A stretch of DNA of 57,138 bases, the filler included, from Catajapyx aquilonaris (Eukaryota), in assembly GCA_000934665.2 (NCBI GenBank). It is 3 parts of 3 records of this genome, joined end to end, with 100 filler letters (N's around TTAATTAATTAA, not from the genome) between each part and the next. Parts side by side here need not be neighbours in the genome. Positions count along the whole stretch, not along the records: positions 38,177 to 57,138 come from JYFJ02006561.1; 2 more parts are not named here. One strand, given 5' to 3'. Both the position numbers and the translations under genes were made by a program. Shown here in pieces: positions 52,928 through 57,138 of this stretch (positions are counted from its first letter, which is position 1; each line of letters starts with the position of its first letter). The notes under the pieces were generated by a model. It saw only the letters and a list, made by a program, of their open reading frames with translations, was not told the DNA's origin and made no database searches.

Positions 52928-53537
52928 ATATAGAGTGTCTTTATAATATTATCAGGTCGTTATTATGCTGTAGCTTCTGCGGACACGTAGTGGACTACTT
53001 GATAAAGTTCAAGTTATTCTCGCTAAAGTTTAAGTTCGTAAAGCGTTAATTATATATTGTAGTTAATCAGCAAAATTGCACGAATGCAGTGTAATATTAC
53101 ATTCAGGAATTTTGGTACCCTTTAATAAATCCAGCATCACTTGCTCCTTGTTGGTTTGCAGCAGTAAATTTCGCTTTTGTAGTTGGCACTATCAAGCACA
53201 ATTTGTACCAAAAATCTTAGTGGACCAAGCTCAATAAGTTCCACCACAGATTAGCTATCTTCCTTGGCAACGTCATTTTCCCGCTATATCCATGGTTCGC
53301 TACAGGTAGGTTTCACTGTATTATCAAAGAGATTCATCTCATGCATATTACTACGCTTGTAACTATCAGCCCATCCCGATTACTATTCGGACAGTGTAGT
53401 TCTCATGCGTACAGTGGATCATCAATGAGTCAAGAACTTCAAAGGGCATCTAACCTTACTGCACCTTTAGAATATTAAACTACACTGATACACTGCATCA
53501 AAATACAACATTTCACTAAAACGTAATAAAACGAATT

Positions 53538-53940
53538 GAAAGTCCGGTGGCCATGACAGTTCCTGGAAATAATTGATGACATGTCGCAAATAAGTTTAAA
53601 ATGAGACTACTGGGACGGCAAGTTCCTCGGGCGATTATATTCAACACATTAAAAAACGGTTTTAGGTTTCGGATTCAGCGTGTCAAAATAGGTTCCAAGG
53701 TCAACTTCCAGTACAGGCCACTTCCGGTTTTCCGAGTTCACTTTATCCGCCAAAGTCAAGCCGACAGGCGGGTAACCGTATAATTTAGATTACAAAATTA
53801 GTGTCTTTAAATAACTACCAAAATAACTACCAAAAGACTTAAATTGTGCCAAGTACAAGCAACCACCCAAGCTAACACCATTTGGAAAGTGTTTTGATTT
53901 ACGCTGTTTTTCCCGGAACTGTCATGGCGGCCTCGACTTC
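53538..53940. mobile_element. Unclassified MITE
   Basis: gaaagtccggtggccatgacagttcctggaaa ... tttcccggaactgtcatggcggcctcgacttc imperfect ~30-bp TIRs. Confidence 0.6.
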
Positions 53941-54681
53941 AGGATGGCGGCATTGGGGTATATTTAGCTCATGTCTTTGATCCTGACTTTAGAGTCACCC
54001 TGCATATGATGATTTTAAATACTTCTGCCGCCTCTTAAAAATTCACCTCTAACATTCAGCACCTTCCTAATCGACCAATGAGAGCAAGTTAATTGGTGTA
54101 TAACTGACTACCTTATATTTGTGGACATACAATACTACAACTGTAAGCTTACTCGCGTGGAAAAAAAGCCGCTTCAGAAATAACTGATGCGAGAATTCTT
54201 CAAAAGTTCAGTTAGGCAAATCGTGGCACAGGTGACTCTCCCGGAAGACTCATTATATTCCACTTTTAGAGGCCTTGAATTACCAATTATTACGGCACTC
54301 TTCTGCGGTTCTCTTTCCTCAGAGGATTTGCTCCACCACCTCCATTACGCATATGATTGCATCATCCGCATATTAACGTGCACTTAACGAAATTGTGCAG
54401 CACATGAGCAAAAGGGAAGTCAAGGTCATTATTTATTGCAAAACACCTTCGGACTTTAAAAGGAGTAAAGGGAAGAATGCAATTTTTCTGTTTCTGGCCT
54501 GCAATCAACATAGCAACTCATTACATGGATACCTTCACTCTTCAGTAAGTTATGTGGACCCCATACTGCTGATAATATTAGGTTGAACGGAAGGCGTCCT
54601 TCCAGATTATGAATTGAAAATTGGTTTTACCGTGTACCTTGACCACTTCTAGTGCATGGTGTTCCTATAATATTAACTTAC

Positions 54682-55523
54682 AAGGGAACCTCTCGAAGTG
54701 CTACGCGAACTTCATGTTCACATAATTTTTATTGGGTTCCTTACCTGCTAGAAAGAAAGTACCCTTCCGGAGAAATCCTCGATCTCAAGCGTTTTTGAGA
54801 TAAGGGGGTCAGAAGGTCAAAAATGAGACACTTTTCATAAAGTGTCCCATTTTTGACCTTCGGACTCCCGTATCTCCCATGAGGAAGCTATCATTAGTGA
54901 TATCGGCGAGATTTTTGGTACTTAGCAGTTTCTTGGGATGGGGAATATAACGGCAGAACTGGAAATCGTGAATTATGCAAGTTACGGGTCATCCTTGCAA
55001 GGGTGGATACCCCCATACATTCCTGGATTGCTGGTTGCCGGAGTCAGGCGGTTGAGCTACTGTTTGCGGGTGAGAGCCCCCTGGCTCCGGCCACAAGCAA
55101 TGCAGGCATGTACAGGGTATCCACACTTGCAAGGATGGACATCGTCGATGTCAAAGGTCGACATTATCGCTGGCCTTTCGGACATGCTTCTTCCATACGC
55201 ACACCCGTTGAAAATACCACTTTTAAATACATTTTTACCGCCCACCTTTCCCATCCCGCCCACTGGCATAATTCACAATTTCCGGCTCGACCATTATGTT
55301 CTCCATCAAAAGAAACTGCTAAGTACCAAAAATCTATCCGATAGCACTAATGATAGCTTTCTCAGAGCCTTTAGTGTCCCATTTTTGACATTTTGACCCC
55401 CGTTATCTCAAAAGCGATTGATATCGAGGATTTCTACGGAAGGCTACTTTCTTTCTAGCAGGTAAGGAACCCGGGAAAATGATTTGAGCATGAAGTTCGC
55501 GTATCACTTCGAGAGGTTCCCTT
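54682..55523. mobile_element. Foldback-type non-autonomous element with long inverted arms
   Basis: AAGGGAACCTCTCGAAGTG...CACTTCGAGAGGTTCCCTT; arm similarity continues inward to ~54980 and ~55265. Confidence 0.85.
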
Positions 55524-56281
55524 AGCTTAGATGAAAAGTGTGACAGTTTTTTAGAATAAATTTCTGAAGATTGAAATCCGGTTTCTAAATATAGCATTAG
55601 GACTATTGTTATCTACTGATTCCACAGTATGACATCCCTTCAAGTAAAGGCGTCTACACAAGGGCGATTTTAGTGAAGGGCGCAGCAGCCCTCGCCGATC
55701 CTTAAGACTAAAACTAAAACCGCCCGAATGTAAACCGCTGAAGGTATTACAGTGCACGACCGAGCAGCATGCCGGCAATAATGTCATTAAACTTCAGCTT
55801 TTGTAAGCAATGTGCAACACTGAAAAAAGTGAGCCATTTATCATTGCCGTAAAAATCGATACAAAATCGCTGAAGGTTCTTAGCCACACAGTTGACATTT
55901 TAAATCATAGTAACTTGGAAAATTCTCATTCCAAATCTTGAACATGCAGCTAAATCGGATTTAACAACTTCAGGAATAAATACAAAAGGTGAGTCTCACT
56001 TTAAACCCTTCATCATTAAGAACAATACGTATATATAAGTTACTAAAACTTATCGTGCAGAAGGCGAAACCAATGCTGGAATAGGTCGGTACGTATATAG
56101 CTTATGAATCGAGCGCATTTTCAAAAATTATGCAAGATCCATCTGCAGTGGTCAACTTTTCCTTACACTTTCCAGTCAACATATTGGTCATAACTTTTCT
56201 GACTGCAGAATAACTGTTTGAAAGTATCTGCCTAATAATATGGAGGTAGTGCCCAAGTTTAATAATAGTCTACACAGAATG

Positions 56282-56575
56282 TACTCTCTAAAAAAAGAAG
56301 AGTTAAATTAACTCTTTTAAACCTTGAAAGTGGTCATTACCAAAAATGAGTTATAATAACTCTTTGCTGGAGTTCAAACAACTCTTTTAGTTCATTTCAT
56401 CCTCCGAAAGAGTTAATGAATAACTCTTTTGGAGGATGAAATGAACTAAAAGAGTTGTTTGAACTCCAGCGAAAGAGTTATTATAACTCATTTTTGGTAA
56501 TGACCACTTTCAAGGTTAAAAGAGTTAAAAAGAACCCAACTTGAGCTTTTTTAACTCTATTTTTTTAAGAGAGTA
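56282..56575. mobile_element. Almost perfectly palindromic MITE with CACTA/EnSpm-like termini
   Basis: TACTCTCTAAAAAAA...TTTTTTAAGAGAGTA; ~110-bp near-perfect inner palindrome centred at ~56418; repeated gagtta/taactc motifs. Confidence 0.8.
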
Positions 56576-57138
56576 ATTGAGCACTCTGTATCAACAGGTT
56601 TAAGAGTCAAAACTGCTCTTTTCTGGTGCTTATGATTATGTTTCATCTGTTATCATATTGTTGAGATTTTAATGCGGTACTCTAATGTACTTTTTCTACA
56701 GGTAACCATAAAATAACTATAGCACTTTAATAACACGCTCTATAGAGGGCAGATCCTACCGCTACCATTAGGATCCATGCCAAACAGTTCAATGGTTATT
56801 CTTCTGGACAAAACAACTAACGCAAACACCCTGTTATTAGGGCCCATATGGGCTGTAGGTCACGGCCAAACTTGTCAAGCAGACATGAACTTTGTGCTGC
56901 TTGTCCTTTGTGGAAGTTGTTGATCAAATCTATCGATCAAAAGGCATAATGCCTAATGGCACGCCTTGACGAAAAGCACTTCTTATTTAACGCGAAACAC
57001 GCGAGTCCCAATCAGAAACATCAGCGAATAACCCATTATCTTCGTACTGTCACTTTGAGAAGGAAGGCGTCAAGCTACAACCGGGTAATTTTCTACGGTA
57101 GTCATTAACCGTTTAAGTACCGCTGTTGACAAGTTACG

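Overview
AT-rich, transposon-dense genomic DNA from an arthropod, probably a hexapod, in a draft scaffold with two artificial 100-nt gap linkers (18964-19063, 38077-38176). It contains: the 5' end of a minus-strand coracle/protein 4.1 gene (first coding exon 457-721, probable non-coding first exon and promoter near 10.2-10.7 kb); a minus-strand C2H2 zinc-finger cluster (intact N-terminal exon at ~20.3-20.6 kb, pseudogenised paralogue at ~27.2-27.7 kb, 7-finger terminal exon at 32.9-33.7 kb); an intronless, divergent plus-strand dual oxidase maturation factor (DUOXA)-like ORF inside that cluster; and a clear miR-1000 precursor hairpin on the minus strand at 49.3 kb, within ~19 kb lacking recognisable coding exons. 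The remainder is a varied set of MITEs and foldback elements (Tc1/mariner, pogo/Tigger, piggyBac, PIF/Harbinger, hAT, unclassified) and tRNA-derived SINEs, some nested. All calls were made by eye from the sequence and recalled family motifs; no database searches were run.
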